A stretch of DNA of 64,000 nt, taken from positions 11,470,001-11,534,000 of the forward strand of contig JBHGNT010000005.1 of assembly GCA_043228905.1 (NCBI GenBank), in the 5' to 3' direction. The notes under the pieces were generated by a model that saw only the letters and a program-made list of their open reading frames with translations, searched no databases and was not told the DNA's origin. The stretch is from Azolla caroliniana. Lineage: Eukaryota > Plantae > Polypodiophyta. The stretch's first letter is position 1, and every line of letters begins with the position of its first letter. This document shows, one piece after another, positions 36,493-49,300 of this stretch. The translations under genes were made by a program, and so were the position numbers.

Positions 36493-39400
36493 ATGGACGA
36501 ATCGTTTGACGGCATGTTCAAGCTCACCGGCTCCAACTATTCAGTGTGGAAGTCGAAGATGAGGGACATGCTCGTGGTTAAAGACCTCTGGCTGCCGGTT
36601 CAGTTCGGGGACAAGAGACCGGACAAAATCGACGCTGCGATATGGGAGGTGATGCACATGAAGACAACCGCGTACATACGGTGCTTCATCGACATGAGCT
36701 TGTACAACAACTTTAATGAAGAGAGCAAGGCTCATGAGCTCTGGGAGAAGATTGGCATGATGTTTCAAAACAAAAATGTTGTTAATCAGGTTTCGGTATT
36801 CCGGAAGCTAGTAAGACTCCGGTACCAAGATGGCTCCAGCATGGCGGAGCACATGAATGCCTTCTAGGGGCTAATACACCAAGCAACGTCATTGGAAGTA
36901 CCTCTCGCCGATGAGGTACTGGCAATACTCCTGCTCGGTTCCCTCCCGGATAGCTGGGAGACGTTGGTTGTCACTTTGGGCAACGCCGGGCCGGAAGGAA
37001 AACGGTTATCCTTAGCAAGAGTAAAGTCGAGCTTGCTAGATGAGGAGGCACGTCAGAAAGACAAAGATACGAGCTCGGACTCCAAAGCGCTCCTTACCGA
37101 ATCGGAATGCGGAAGACAGAGAAACTGTAGTCCCCAGAACCGGGAGAAGTCGGGGACACGGTCAAAGTCAAGGGGGAGGCCTACTTGCTTCTATTGCGGC
37201 AAGCTGGGACACTTCGAAAAGAACTGTCGGCATTTCCGTAAAGACAAGGAGACCGACAATACCGATTCGAAGCAGACCCCGGACCGGAACGGTAAAGACC
37301 GGAGGGGGCCGGACCGGAAGGGAACGATGGCAATCACGGCAAGTAAAGAAGAGTTTATGCTCATCACCGAAGAGAGTGAGATAAACCTTGCCGGCGACGA
37401 GATGACCTCGGTGGTAGATTCCGGAGCATCGTTCCACCTTACCCCGGATGGGGAATGAAGGTACATTCCGAATTGTCGGCATAGGAGACGTGTGGCTGCC
37501 AACACCAACCGGATGCAAGTTGCTGCTGAAGGATGTCCGACACATTCCGGAGGTTCGTCTGAACCTGATATCAGCCGGTCGGCTAGATGATGAAGGCTAC
37601 ACAGGTAGCATCCGGAACAATGCCCTGAAGTTCAGCAAAGGGAGCCTGATTGTGGCTCGGGCCCGGAAGGTCAACACATTGTACCTGATGAATGCCCGGT
37701 TATGTCCGGAAGAAGGGAATGTGGCATCCGACACTGCCGGTGAGCTGTGGCACAAGAGACTATGTCATATGAGCGAGAAGGGGATGAAGAGGCTTGCAGA
37801 CGACAACCTCATTCCAGTGAAGAACATGCACTTGGAGAAGTGCACTGATTGTCTAGCCGGTAAACAAAACCGGACCTCCTTCCGACCAAGGCCACCGATG
37901 AGACGTAATGCACCACTGGAGTTGGTGCATACGGATGTGTGTCAAGTAGACACGAAGTCACATGCCGGAGCGCAATACTTCGTGACGTTCATAGATGACC
38001 ACAACCGGAAGCTGTGGGCCACACCGTTGAAGACGAAGGATCTGGTGTTATCCGTCTTCAAAGAGCTCCACGCGAGAGTGGAAAGAGAAACCGGCCGAAA
38101 GCTGAAGGCGGTTCGAGCAGATAACGGAGGAGAATACCGGGGGCAATTCAAGGATTATTGCCGCTCGAAGAGAATCCGGCTCGAATTTACCGTGTCGAAG
38201 ACGCCGGAACTAAACAGACTGGCCGAGAGGATGAACCGGACCATAATGGAGAGGGTCCGGAGTATGCTAGCGCATGCAAAACTACCCAAGAAGTTTTGGG
38301 CTGAGGCACTGTCGACGGCGACATACGTGATAAACAGATCACCCTCAGTACCCTTGGACGGAGACACGCCACAGAGAGTATGGACCGGTAAGGAAGTGTC
38401 CTACCGGCATCTGAAGGTGTTCGACTATCTCACGTACATGCATGTAGCAAAGGACCGGAGAGGAAAGTTAGATCCAAAGACCCGGCCATGTATATTCCTC
38501 GGTTACGGTGACGATGAGTTCGGCTACCGAGTGTGGGACCAGGTCGACAAGAAGGTATTCCGGAGTCGAGATATTATCTTCATGGAGGACAAGACACTCA
38601 CCGGCTGGGAGTCTGAGAAGAAGATAATGAACTACGAGTCGACCGGTAAGGATCGACTCTACGATGAACAGACCCAACCGGCGAGAGACCGGTTAGCACT
38701 CGAAGAACCAACCGGATACGGTGAGGATACCAAACCGGCAGAAGAAGAAGTAGAGGAAGCCGAAACCGGAACCGGCCAAGACCCCGAATCGGATTCGGAT
38801 GAAGAGCAAATGGAGGAACCGGCTACCGAAGCCCAGAGACGGAGATATCCTCTCAGAGAGAGAAGGGCCCCCCGGAGATTTCCGGATGCAAAGCATGTGC
38901 TGCTGACCGATGAGGGAGAGTCGGAAAGCTTCGAAGAAGCGAAGGATGACACCAACAGCCGAAAATGGTTAAGTGCCATGCAGGATGAGATGGATTCCCT
39001 GCATGAGAACCATACGTACGAATTGGTGGAGTTGCCAAAAGGAAAGCGGGCACTCCGAAATAAGTGGGTGTACAAGTTGAAACCGGGAGATGTCGGCAAC
39101 CCCTGAGATACAAAGCCAGGATCGTGGTGAAGGGGTTCCAACAGAAAAAGGGCGTGGACTTCGACGAGATATTTGCCCCGGTTGTAAAGATGACCTCCAT
39201 CCGAACGGTGCTGAGTATAGCAGCAAGCATGGACCTTGAGGTAGAGCAGCTGGATGTGAAGACGACATTCCTTCACGGCGACCTCGAAGAGGAGATCTAC
39301 ATGCAGCAACCGGAGGGATTTGTGGAGAAAGGGAAGGAGCACCTGGTATGCCGGTTGAAAAAGAGCCTCTACGGGTTGAAGCAAGCCCCCCGGCACTGGT

Positions 39401-40488
39401 ACCGGAAGTTCGATTCCTTCATGACTGATCAAGGGTACCACAAGACGCAGGCCGATCACTGCGTGTTTGTGAAGAAGTTTGAAGGAGGCGATTTCCTGAT
39501 ACTCCTTCTGTACGTGGATGACATGTTGATCATCGGACGTGACCAAGTCAAAATACGGATGCTGAAGAAGGCTCTCAACCGGACCTTCTCAATGAAAGAC
39601 TTGGTTCCGGAAAGGCAAATGTTGGGGATGCACATCATCCGGAACCGGTCAGCGAAGCAATTATGGCTGTCACAAGAGAAGTACGTGACAAAGGTGCTTC
39701 ACCGGTTCAACATGTCAGATGCGAAACCGGTTGGATCGACACTTCCGGCAAACTGCAAGCTATCCGGTAAGCAAAGCCCAAAGACGAAAGCAGAGAAGGC
39801 GGATATGATGAAGATTCCATATGCCTCTGCCGTCGGGAGCTTGATGTACGCAATGGTGTGTACCCGACCGGATATAGGATATGCAGTCGGAGTGGTGAGC
39901 CGGTTCATGAGTAATCCCGACAAGGAGCATTGGAACGCGGTCAAATGGATACTCCAGTATTTGAAGGGCACTTCAAATATGTGTCTCCGATTCGGCTCCG
40001 GAAAACCTCAACTGGACGGTTTCACCGATTCGGACATGCCGGCTGATATGGATACTAGCCGGTCTTCATCCGGGTATATAATGACATATGCAGGGGGAGC
40101 TATTTCGCGGCAGTCGAGGCTGCAGAAAACAGTTGCTTTGTCAACCACGGAGGTGGAATACATGGCAGCTGTGCAAGCCGGCAAGGAAATATTATGGAGG
40201 AAGGACTTCTTCAAAGAGCTCGGTATCCAACAAGATGAATATCGACTCTATTGCGACAGTCAAAGTGCCATACACCTTGCTAAGAATGCAACCTACCATT
40301 CCCAGACGAAGCATATCCAGCGGAGGTACCACTGGATCCGGGAAAGAGTAGATGACCAAGAGTTCGCGCTGATGAAGATCCACACAGCCGAGAACGGGTC
40401 AGATATGCTGACCAAAGTGCTGATACCCGACAAGCTAGATGCATGCCAGAAGAGAATCGGACTGGTAAGACATCCCATGCCGGAGTGA
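36493..40488 (+). pseudogene. Element H gag-pol (one stop, two frameshifts)
   Basis: ORFs 36370-36867, 36892-37458 (CFYCGKLGH, VDSGAS), 37448-39106 (integrase) and 39064-40488 (LYVDD, RNase H). Confidence 0.95.
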
Positions 40489-41498
40489 AGGGGGAGTTTG
40501 TTGGGAGACAAGTTCCTCCGGATGGGAAGGGAGAAGAACAATGCCGATGAACAAACTCGGTCGAGGCCTATCGTGGACCCGGCTACGGAGAGCCGGATGA
40601 TACAAACCCGGTGAAGACCGGATGAGGAGTACCTGGCTACAGAGAGCCGGATGATACAGACCCGGTGAAGACCGGATGAGGAGTACCCGGTTACGGAGAA
40701 CCGGATGGTATAGACCCGGTGAGAACCAGATGAAGAGACATATTCGTAAATATGTTTCAGAGAGTCCATCGAGGCTATATTTGTAAATAGCCGAAAAGTC
40801 ATATTAGTATAAATATGACTTAGGGCAAACTTTTATATTTGTGTTGTCATTCTTTGTTGGGGTAAGAAGAAGAGAGAGCACGTAACAGTGTACAAAGAGA
40901 GAGAGAGAAAGAGGTTGTTGCCTCTGTTGTAACCGCCGCCTGTGGCGAAGATTGTGAGCACGAGGTCGTTGCCTCCGTGAACTCACCATTTGTACATTCC
41001 AACGTTGTGATAGTTTGCAGCCTGTGGGCTGCCGTGGTTTTTTCCCTTAGTTTGGGTTTTCCACGTAAACATCCTGTGCACTCATTTCTTCTTCGTGTCG
41101 TGCTTTATTTCCTGTTTTTTTTCTGTGTATGATTCTAAGCTCGGTTGTGGCTGAGCATTGCGCATAAGGAGCAGTTCAGTTCCCGTCAGAGGACTTGTAT
41201 AAATAGTGCTACTGAGCACAGTTGTAATTATAGAGTGATTAAATCATTTTTGAATATAGCTTTTACGTTCTGCTCTCTCTGTCTCTCCCGTGTACTCTGT
41301 GTATTCCCTACTTTCTCTATTTTCTAATGCTTCCGCAAGTAATCGTTTACAATACGTATTTGATATCTTCCGATCGGAGGCCCCGGGGTCCTGCCTCAAG
41401 TTCATGTATCCTCGTCGTATTTTCGCGACATCTTTGGTGAACCCGACGTGAAAGAGGCGGCAGGAAGGATCAAATTGAGGATCGACTGATACTTTGAA

Positions 41499-43565
41499 AT
41501 GACATCCTCAAGCAATCAAGCGGGAGAGTTCGAAGGGATGATGTTGATCGTCGAACAAATGTTGAGATCTCGAGACAATGATGCGAGTGTGGGAAAGGTC
41601 GTTGATTGTGTCGTTGAGCTCGAGGGTCATTTTGACGGAAGGAATATTACGAAGTTCCTTGATGCATATAGAAGGGTGATGAATCAAAGGGACGTGTTCG
41701 AAGCACGTCAAATCACAAGTTTCAAGAGAGTGGTCGCCAACAACATCCAAAGACACATCATCAAGATTCAAGAAGGTAAGACAACATGGTGCGAGTTCGA
41801 GAAAGCGATATTAGCGGAGTTCGCGACTGAAGACTCGACAAGGATGACTCGACATGTCCTCATGAAATGGATAGAGAAGAAAAATAAGAAGATGAGCGTC
41901 TCGAGGGTATATGACGAGTTCGGCCAGATGTTTGATCGTCTCCCCGCCATGGACCAAGTGCTACTTGAGGAAGACAAGAATTTGTACTTCTTCAAAGTTG
42001 TGGACATGAAGGATAGACGAGAGTTGGGGACTCTCCTCGAAGATGATACCCAAGCGAACGGGCTTGTGGCAGACTGGGTTGTGGTGAAGCAAGCATGCAA
42101 AAATATCGACAGGTGTCATCGATGGCTCCATGATATTGACTTGGTAAGACCAAGCGTAGAAAAATCAAAACCATCTATCGAAGTCGAGACGCCTAAACAA
42201 TGCATCCAACATGAAAAGAAGATTGATGATGACTCGAGGACGATGATGGCCATTTCAATGGAGGTCGAATGTTTCGGAACATGCGTCGTGTTCGAAACAA
42301 CGGATTATGAAAGAAGTCAAATCGAAGCTTGCATCAATGGAGATAAAGAGAGCGAGGCTAGTGTAATTGAGGATCTAGCCGCTAAAGACGACATCAAGGA
42401 GGTAACTATGAGCAAGACAATAGGCGTCGACAACGATCACGACCGGATTTTCTCCACACATGCTTCGGAGACTTGGGCAGTTGCGTCAAAGAACCAACGT
42501 GAGACCCAAGAGACGGACGGTGGCGGGAAGGAAATGAAGGCCAAAACTAACACATGCAAAGAAGAGGGAAGAATAATTGAGGCTTGCTCGATCAAGAGGA
42601 TCAATCGGTACGAGGCCTATGAGTCTAAAGAGATAGCCACGAAAAATGACATCGAGTCAGAGATGGCTATGGACGAGTCAATGGCGGATGGCCATGTCGA
42701 GACTTTCTCCACACTTGTTCCAGAGACTTGGGCAGATGCGTCAAAAAGAAAACGTGAGACCCAAGAGACAGAAGGTGGCGGCGAGGAAGTGAAGGCCAAA
42801 ACTAACACATGCGAAGAAGGAGACGCCAAGCCGAAGAGGGTAGATGATGATCATGAAGAGACTTTACCCACAAAAGATCTTGAGACTTGGGCATTAACCG
42901 ATGTAAGACACAAGAGATGGAAGGTGGCGGCGAAGAAACAAAGGTCAAAACCAATGCGGACAACCATAAGGTGGATGCGGCTAAGGGTAGCACCACAAAG
43001 GCAATGCCAAACTACAAAATTCCTCCACACTCGTTTGAGAGACTTGGGCATTAACCAATGTAACACCCAAGAGAAGGACGATGGTAGCGAGGAAGCAAGG
43101 ACAAAAGCTAATGTGTGCAACAACGAGACCGAACAAACCTCAAAAAGCAAGGACGTGGGCCAAGTGGGCCAAGCAAATTCGAAAGATGTGATCACAAAAT
43201 CTAGCAAGGATAATACTAGCGTAGAAGTCATGGTCCACTCCAACACAAGAGTATACCACGAAAGAGGACAAAATGGGAAGCATACAATGTGGTCACTTAA
43301 GGACCTACAAGAGAGCATGTCGTTAAAGAATGGACCACTAAAAGTATTCAACAATAGTACTTCGATAAGGCCTTTGAAAGGCATGCATGAAACAAGAAAG
43401 GATGATAAAAGAAAGTTAAATGACCAAGGAGATGGTCGAGATGAAGGTGGCACAAGCATAAGGTGTGAAGCATTATGCTCTAGAGGAGCAAAGAGAGCCA
43501 TGACAATCGGTCATGGAAATGCAAAAATTGAACGAAGAATATGGTGGATCGGATGGCAATGGTGA
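41499..43565 (+). CDS. 688-aa Gag N-terminal domain fused to an internally repeated acidic/charged region
   Basis: The first ~245 aa are closely similar to the Gag of C. Then repeats of type ETFSTxxxETWA...RETQETxGGGxExKAKTNTC follow. No zinc knuckle. Confidence 0.7.
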   Translation: MTSSSNQAGEFEGMMLIVEQMLRSRDNDASVGKVVDCVVELEGHFDGRNITKFLDAYRRVMNQRDVFEARQITSFKRVVANNIQRHIIKIQEGKTTWCEFEKAILAEFATEDSTRMTRHVLMKWIEKKNKKMSVSRVYDEFGQMFDRLPAMDQVLLEEDKNLYFFKVVDMKDRRELGTLLEDDTQANGLVADWVVVKQACKNIDRCHRWLHDIDLVRPSVEKSKPSIEVETPKQCIQHEKKIDDDSRTMMAISMEVECFGTCVVFETTDYERSQIEACINGDKESEASVIEDLAAKDDIKEVTMSKTIGVDNDHDRIFSTHASETWAVASKNQRETQETDGGGKEMKAKTNTCKEEGRIIEACSIKRINRYEAYESKEIATKNDIESEMAMDESMADGHVETFSTLVPETWADASKRKRETQETEGGGEEVKAKTNTCEEGDAKPKRVDDDHEETLPTKDLETWALTDVRHKRWKVAAKKQRSKPMRTTIRWMRLRVAPQRQCQTTKFLHTRLRDLGINQCNTQEKDDGSEEARTKANVCNNETEQTSKSKDVGQVGQANSKDVITKSSKDNTSVEVMVHSNTRVYHERGQNGKHTMWSLKDLQESMSLKNGPLKVFNNSTSIRPLKGMHETRKDDKRKLNDQGDGRDEGGTSIRCEALCSRGAKRAMTIGHGNAKIERRIWWIGWQW

Positions 43566-43904
43566 TTCGGGTACATCAATAAAAAAGTAAAGTAATTAAA
43601 AATGGAGCCTCACCAAAATTGGCACATACCGATGGATGTGCAGTTTTGGTGGGGGTGAATGTCGTGTGAATCTTCTCACACTATGTAAAAAATAAATAAA
43701 AATAAATAAGTACTTTATATTAGTTTAATGGCATGTTATAGAAGATGGATGTTTTAGAAGATAGGAAAATAGAACTATTATTTATCCCACATAGAGAGGA
43801 AACTTAAGGCCCTAGCTATATAAGCACCTTGACTCCTCATTTTCATTTGTGCTAAGATCACTTTGGCCACTTTGTCTTGATGGATGATGGTGGCCAAGTT
43901 CCCA

Positions 43905-44090
43905 AAAACCGGAAATCGGCCCGACAAGCAAAATCGGAACGGGGTTGGAAAGCAAAATCGGAAATCAGCCAGTAAGCAAAACCGGAAATCGGCTGATAAG
44001 CAAAACCGGAAACCGGCCAGTAAGCAAAACTGAAACCGGTCGGTAAGCAAAACCCGAAACCGGCCGGTAAGCAAACCGGAACCGGCGGCG
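43905..44090. repeat. ~23-bp tandem repeat in LTR I
   Basis: Units of type GTAAGCAAAACCGGAAACCGGCC. Confidence 0.85.
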
Positions 44091-44832
44091 GAGCTAGTGA
44101 GGCGGCGACAATCGGGGACCGGACGGAACCGGCGATCGGACGAGGCTGGACACAAACCGACCGGATAACAGGATCATGTGGCTAATTAAAGTGAAGTGAA
44201 GAAAACTAAGGTAAAGGTCATGTGGAGGGTTGCATGCAACTAAAAGAAAAAGGCATGCAACTAAAAATAGATGCAACTAAAAGAAAAAGCTATGAAACTA
44301 AAAGTAGAGGCCATGCAACAAAAAGTGGAAAGGCTATGATCAACGAAGAACTCCATATATATTCCATTTTTTTCCTACACTCATATTCTCTCTCCATATT
44401 ATCTTAATTATTTTCTTTTCTTTCTTAGCTCTCTTATCTCATCGAAGCCATATCTCTCAAAAACCCTAATTTCCTTACGGAAACCAAAAACCCTAATTTT
44501 CCCTACGGAAGCCAAAAACCCTAATTTTCCATACGGAAGCTATTGAACTCATAAACCATAATCTCTTATCAAAGCCAAAGACCCTAAATTTCTATTGAAT
44601 CCATATTTAGTTTCTTCAAATCTATTAATCTAGTAATCTCCATACGCTAAACTTTTATAATTCCGATCTTGGGATTAATTGTAATCTTTCTTTTCTATTT
44701 ATTAATGAAAATTTTCAATCTTTCTCATTTTCCATTAATTGTTTGATATAAACATACGTATTTGATATCTTCCGGTCGGAGGCCCTAGGGTCCTGCCTCA
44801 AGTTCACGTATCCTCGTCGTATTTTTGCGACA

Positions 44833-46300
44833 CCGGATAACGACAAACAGGTGGCCAGCAAATGTGAATATGGGGAAAAACCAGGATACGGACCAAGTGC
44901 TTCCGGTTAACTCAATCTCAAGTTGAAAAAGAAAAAGAAAAAGAAAAGTCATCATGCAAAGGCGAGGGGCGAACGGGCACTTCCAAAAGGTGTGGTGGGT
45001 GGCTAATTAAAGCCTTTAAAAGAAGGCACACCACGTGTCAATTGACTGCTATATCAGTACAGGATATGCATGCGTGGGAATCAAGAAAAGGCGCCACACA
45101 TGGAGAAAGAAAACCTTTGCCGCACAGAGTCCCTTTCATTTCGCGAACACAGAGATCTCAGCGTACAGAGGCGATTACGAGTGATCAGACGAGAGCACAC
45201 AGAACACACAGGTGCACCTATCTTACCACAACCTACCGACTCCAAAGATGACATGGAATGCATGGTACCCTCTGAAGTGGCTAAGAAATGGCTGAAGCAA
45301 CACGATCTCGAAGGATTCTTGAGGAGAGTAGAAGCACCACCGCACGGAGATGCGGAAAATGTCGTAAAAGACATCGACACGGAGTTCATCACCGAGGAAG
45401 CTATCTGAGCCATGACCGGCCTACCGGAAGGGGGAATCTACTCGATCAACAACCCTTCGTAGGATCTACTGATGAGATATTTTGGGGAATACTCCCTGGG
45501 CAGCAAGGCGTACTGCACGCAAGGCGGTGAAGACCTCTTGTTTCGGGAAATCGCTCGGTACTCCACGAGTATGGCCATGTATACCCTCGACCACCGGTGA
45601 TGCCCAGGAATAGAGCCGGTTTGATCATAGCCACCTACGAGGGAGTACAGGTGGATTGGCCGGTAATGATTGCTGACGGCCTGAGTGCTACCATCATCTC
45701 AATAAAAGAGGGCAAAAAGATGTGGACAGAAGTGGCACAATGGCTCACTTTGTTGGCACCACTGGTGGAGCCCACTAAACAAAGAAAGAGGGGAAGACCA
45801 ACTGAATCGACCCCCAAACCGCTTCAAAACGGCAGCAACTCTTGGCACCCAGGCGAAGGAACGGCCTAATCAGAAGCGGCTGGCAGAGAAGGAGGCATCG
45901 GTGGACACCTCGGTGAGACCGTTGAAAACCAAGTTGCGCTTGTTGGAGCAATAAGTAGACTAGCAACCGGAGAAAACACAGGGGCAGGACCCCTTGGCGG
46001 CGTTAATTAACAACGAGACCCTGGAAGAATAGCAGGAAGACAAGCTGACCGAGACGCTACTACGACGTCGCTAGACAAGTGAAAAGGGCCACAAAGGGGG
46101 CACGTCAAGGCTAACGGAGGAAACTATACAGGAACCCCTCCCTGAAGAGCCGTAGCGTAGGAAGGCGGCATAACTTGCTCAACCAGAATCAGGGACGGAG
46201 CAAGTGCGGCGGCAGGACATCGCGGAACCTGCAGTCCAAGACACAGCAGTACCGGTGAATCAGGAACCGGTCATTGAATTGCCGGCATCACCGTCGCCTC
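44833..46300 (+). pseudogene. Degenerate extra-ORF region of a Gypsy element (architecture like element K)
   Basis: Broken ORFs 45070-45408 and 45597-45869 after an A-rich spacer, with an E/P-rich tail like 51589-51867. No confident domain. Confidence 0.4.
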
Positions 46301-46309
46301 AGCAAACAT

Positions 46310-49300
46310 GACCTATTTTCTTCTTGACACTTCCGAAAGGAAAAGGGGGGAGCCAACAGTGTGGAGCCGAACATGATTTCAGACAGCAAGAACACGTCGG
46401 TAATCACAACAACTGAAGAAGAATTGTTGTTCATTAGTGAACAAAATGAATTGAACCTTGTCAGCGATGAATTCACATGGGTGGTCGATTCTGGAGCATT
46501 ATTCCACCTAACCCCGATTGGAAGTGCTTCTCATCTTATAGATCTGGAGATCTCGGATTTGTAAAGATGGGAAATGAAGGAGCATGTTGAATTGTTGGCA
46601 TGGAGATGTGTGTCTGGTAATCTCGACTAGTGTTGAAGGATGTACAACACGTTCTAGAAGTCAAATTGAATCTGACATCAGCCAGTCGACTGGATGATGA
46701 GGGCTACACGAGTAGCATCCGGAACAATGTCATGAAGTTCTGCAAGGGGAGCCTGATCATAGCTTGAGCTTGAAAAACCAACATATTGTATATAATGAAT
46801 GCTTGATTATGCCAAAATGAGATAAACGTGGCAGCCGACACAACTAGTGAGTTGTGGCATAAGAGATTATGCCACAGGAGCCAGAAGGGAGTGTAGATGC
46901 TAGCCGAAAAAGAACTCCTACCGAAGGTGAAGAAAGTGCATCTTGCATGTACCGATTTCCTAGCCGAAAAACAGAACAAAGCCGGGTTTCGATCGGGGCC
47001 ACCGTTTCGGAGTAACACCGCCCTGGAACTCATACACACTGATGTATGTTATGTAGATGCAAAGTCGCATTCCCGTGGGCATTACTTTGTTACCTTCATT
47101 GATGACCACAATCGTAAGTTGTAGGATTACGTGCTGAAGACGAACGATCAAGTACTAGATATTTTCAAGGACTTCCAAGGCGGTCCAAACGGACAATGGT
47201 GGTGAATACCGAGGGAAATTCAAAGAGTACGACTGAACGCAAGGTATTTAGCTATAGTACAATGTGCAAAAGACTCATGAGTTGAATGGGATGGCCTAGC
47301 AAATGAACTGGACGATCATGGAGAGAGTTCGATGTATGTTGGCATATGTGAAATTGCCGAAGATATACTAGACCGAGGCGCTGATGAAAAATGTTTATGT
47401 GATAACCAGGTCTCCCTTGGTACCCTTGGAAGGTGATATACCATAAAGGGTATGGTCCGGCAAGGAGGTGTCATACACACATCTGAGAGTGTTCCATTGC
47501 CTAGCCTACGTGCATATAGCTGGGGACTAGAGGGGAAAACTTAATCCCAAGAGTGGACCATGTCTATTTCTCGGCTATGGCAACGACGAATTCAGCTATC
47601 GAATATGGGACCTAATTGACAAGATGGTGGTTAGGTATCGAGATATTCTCTTCCTAGAAGAAAAGACAATAACCGATTCGTAGAAGAAAAATAAGCCGCT
47701 AGCCGTTGGTTCAGGCCGAGTTGATGATCAGACAAATCGATTGTTAGTCAAATCTACCAAAATCGGATACAAACAAGTCGGCTGAATTGATAATCAACAA
47801 AATCGAGAACCGATTGAGGAACAAGGAACCAGCCAAACAAGGAACCGAATTCGACTCGGCCGAACAAATTGAAGAAGAACCGACTATGCCGAATGGAGGC
47901 AGAAGATATCCCTTGACATAGAGAAGCCCCCCTAAGAGATTTCCGGATGAAGAGCGTGTACTGCTAACTGATGAGGGGGAGCCAGAAAGTTTCGAAGAAG
48001 TTAAGAATGATACCCACAATTGGAAGTGGTTCAGTGCCATGCAAGAGGAGATGGATTCCTTGCATGAGAACCACATATCTTAATTGACCGAGTTGCCGAA
48101 AGGGAAGAAAGCACTCCAGAATAAGTGGGTTTACAAGTTCAAATCGAGAGATGGCGGGAATCCACCTAGATACAAAGCCCGAATCATCATGAAAGGCTTT
48201 CAACACACAAAGGGTGTAGATTTTGACGAGATATTTGCCCCGGTAGTGCAGATGATGTCAATCTGAACATTGTTGAGCGAAATCGGGTAGCTAGCGTCAA
48301 AATTGTCTTTCTTCATGGAGATTTGGAGGAAGAGATTTACATGCAGTAGGCGGAAGGATTCGTGGAGAAAGGTAAAGAAAACCAGGTATGTTGATTGAGG
48401 AAGAGCCTATATGGACTACAATAGGATCCTTGGCAATGGTACCGAAAATTCCAATCCTTCATGACAGATTAAGGGTACCACAAAATGCAGACCGATCACT
48501 CCGTGTTTGTGAAAAAGTTCGACGGTGGAGATTTCCTTATTCTCTTGCTGTACGTGGATGACATGCTGATTGTCGGACGAGAACGAAGAAAATCGGAAGC
48601 TTGAAGAAGGCCTTGAGTAGGTCATTCTCGATGAAGGATATGGGTCTAGCAAAGAAAATCTTGGGGATGCAGATTGTTTGGGACCAGACAAAGAAGCTAT
48701 TGTGGTTGTCATAGGAGAAGTACGTGACAAAGGTGCTTTAGAGATTTGGCATGGAGAGCGCAAAATCGGTCGGCTCAACACTACCGACAAACAACAAACT
48801 AACCGTGACACAATGTTCGAAATCGAAAACGGAGAAGGTTGAGATGAATAAGGTCCCTTATGACTTAGCATTCGGAAGCTTGATGTACGCGATGGTATGT
48901 ACCAGGCCAGACATTGGATATGTAGTCGGAGTGGTCAGCCGATTCATGAGCAATCCCAGAAGAGAGCATTGGGTTGTTGTGAGGTGGATACTTGTGTACC
49001 TGAAAGGCATCTCGAATGTGTCTTTGATTCGGCTCGGGTAAAACTTTATTAGAAGGCTTTACTGATTTGCACATGTCGGCGAATGCGGATACCAGCAGAT
49101 CCACATCCGGATACGTGATGACTTATGTAGGGGGAGTTGTTTCGTGACAATCGAGACTGTCGAAGGTCGTGGCGCTATCGACCACAAACACCGAGTATAT
49201 GGACGCACCAGAATTCTGACTCCACTCGATGACCAAGCACATCCAGAGGAGATACCATTGGCTCCGAGAGTGAGTAAAAGAAAGGGACTTTGCTTTAGTA

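Larger units (their letters stand above)
35773..41188 (+). mobile_element. Element H: full-length Ty1/Copia element (Tnt1-like sequence motifs)
   Basis: LTRs 35773-36463 and 40499-41188, TSD GAGGA (35768-35772, 41189-41193), PBS TGGTATCAGAGC 36466-36477, PPT 40487-40496. Confidence 0.97.
30720..41351 (+). mobile_element. Element G: Ty1/Copia lacking its 5' LTR; 3' LTR (35517-35772 plus 41194-41351) split by element H
   Basis: gag from 30814, WYVDSGALNHMT, integrase, RT ([14 protein letters not shown]), RNase H, PPT 35506-35516, LTR TGTTGAG...TTTACA. Confidence 0.9.
41352..44832 (+). mobile_element. Element I: non-autonomous Gypsy (5' LTR remnant 41352-41430, 3' LTR 43660-44832)
   Basis: 41352-41430 matches 44754-44832. 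Trp-type PBS 41435-41452, PPT 43645-43659, no pol. Confidence 0.9.
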
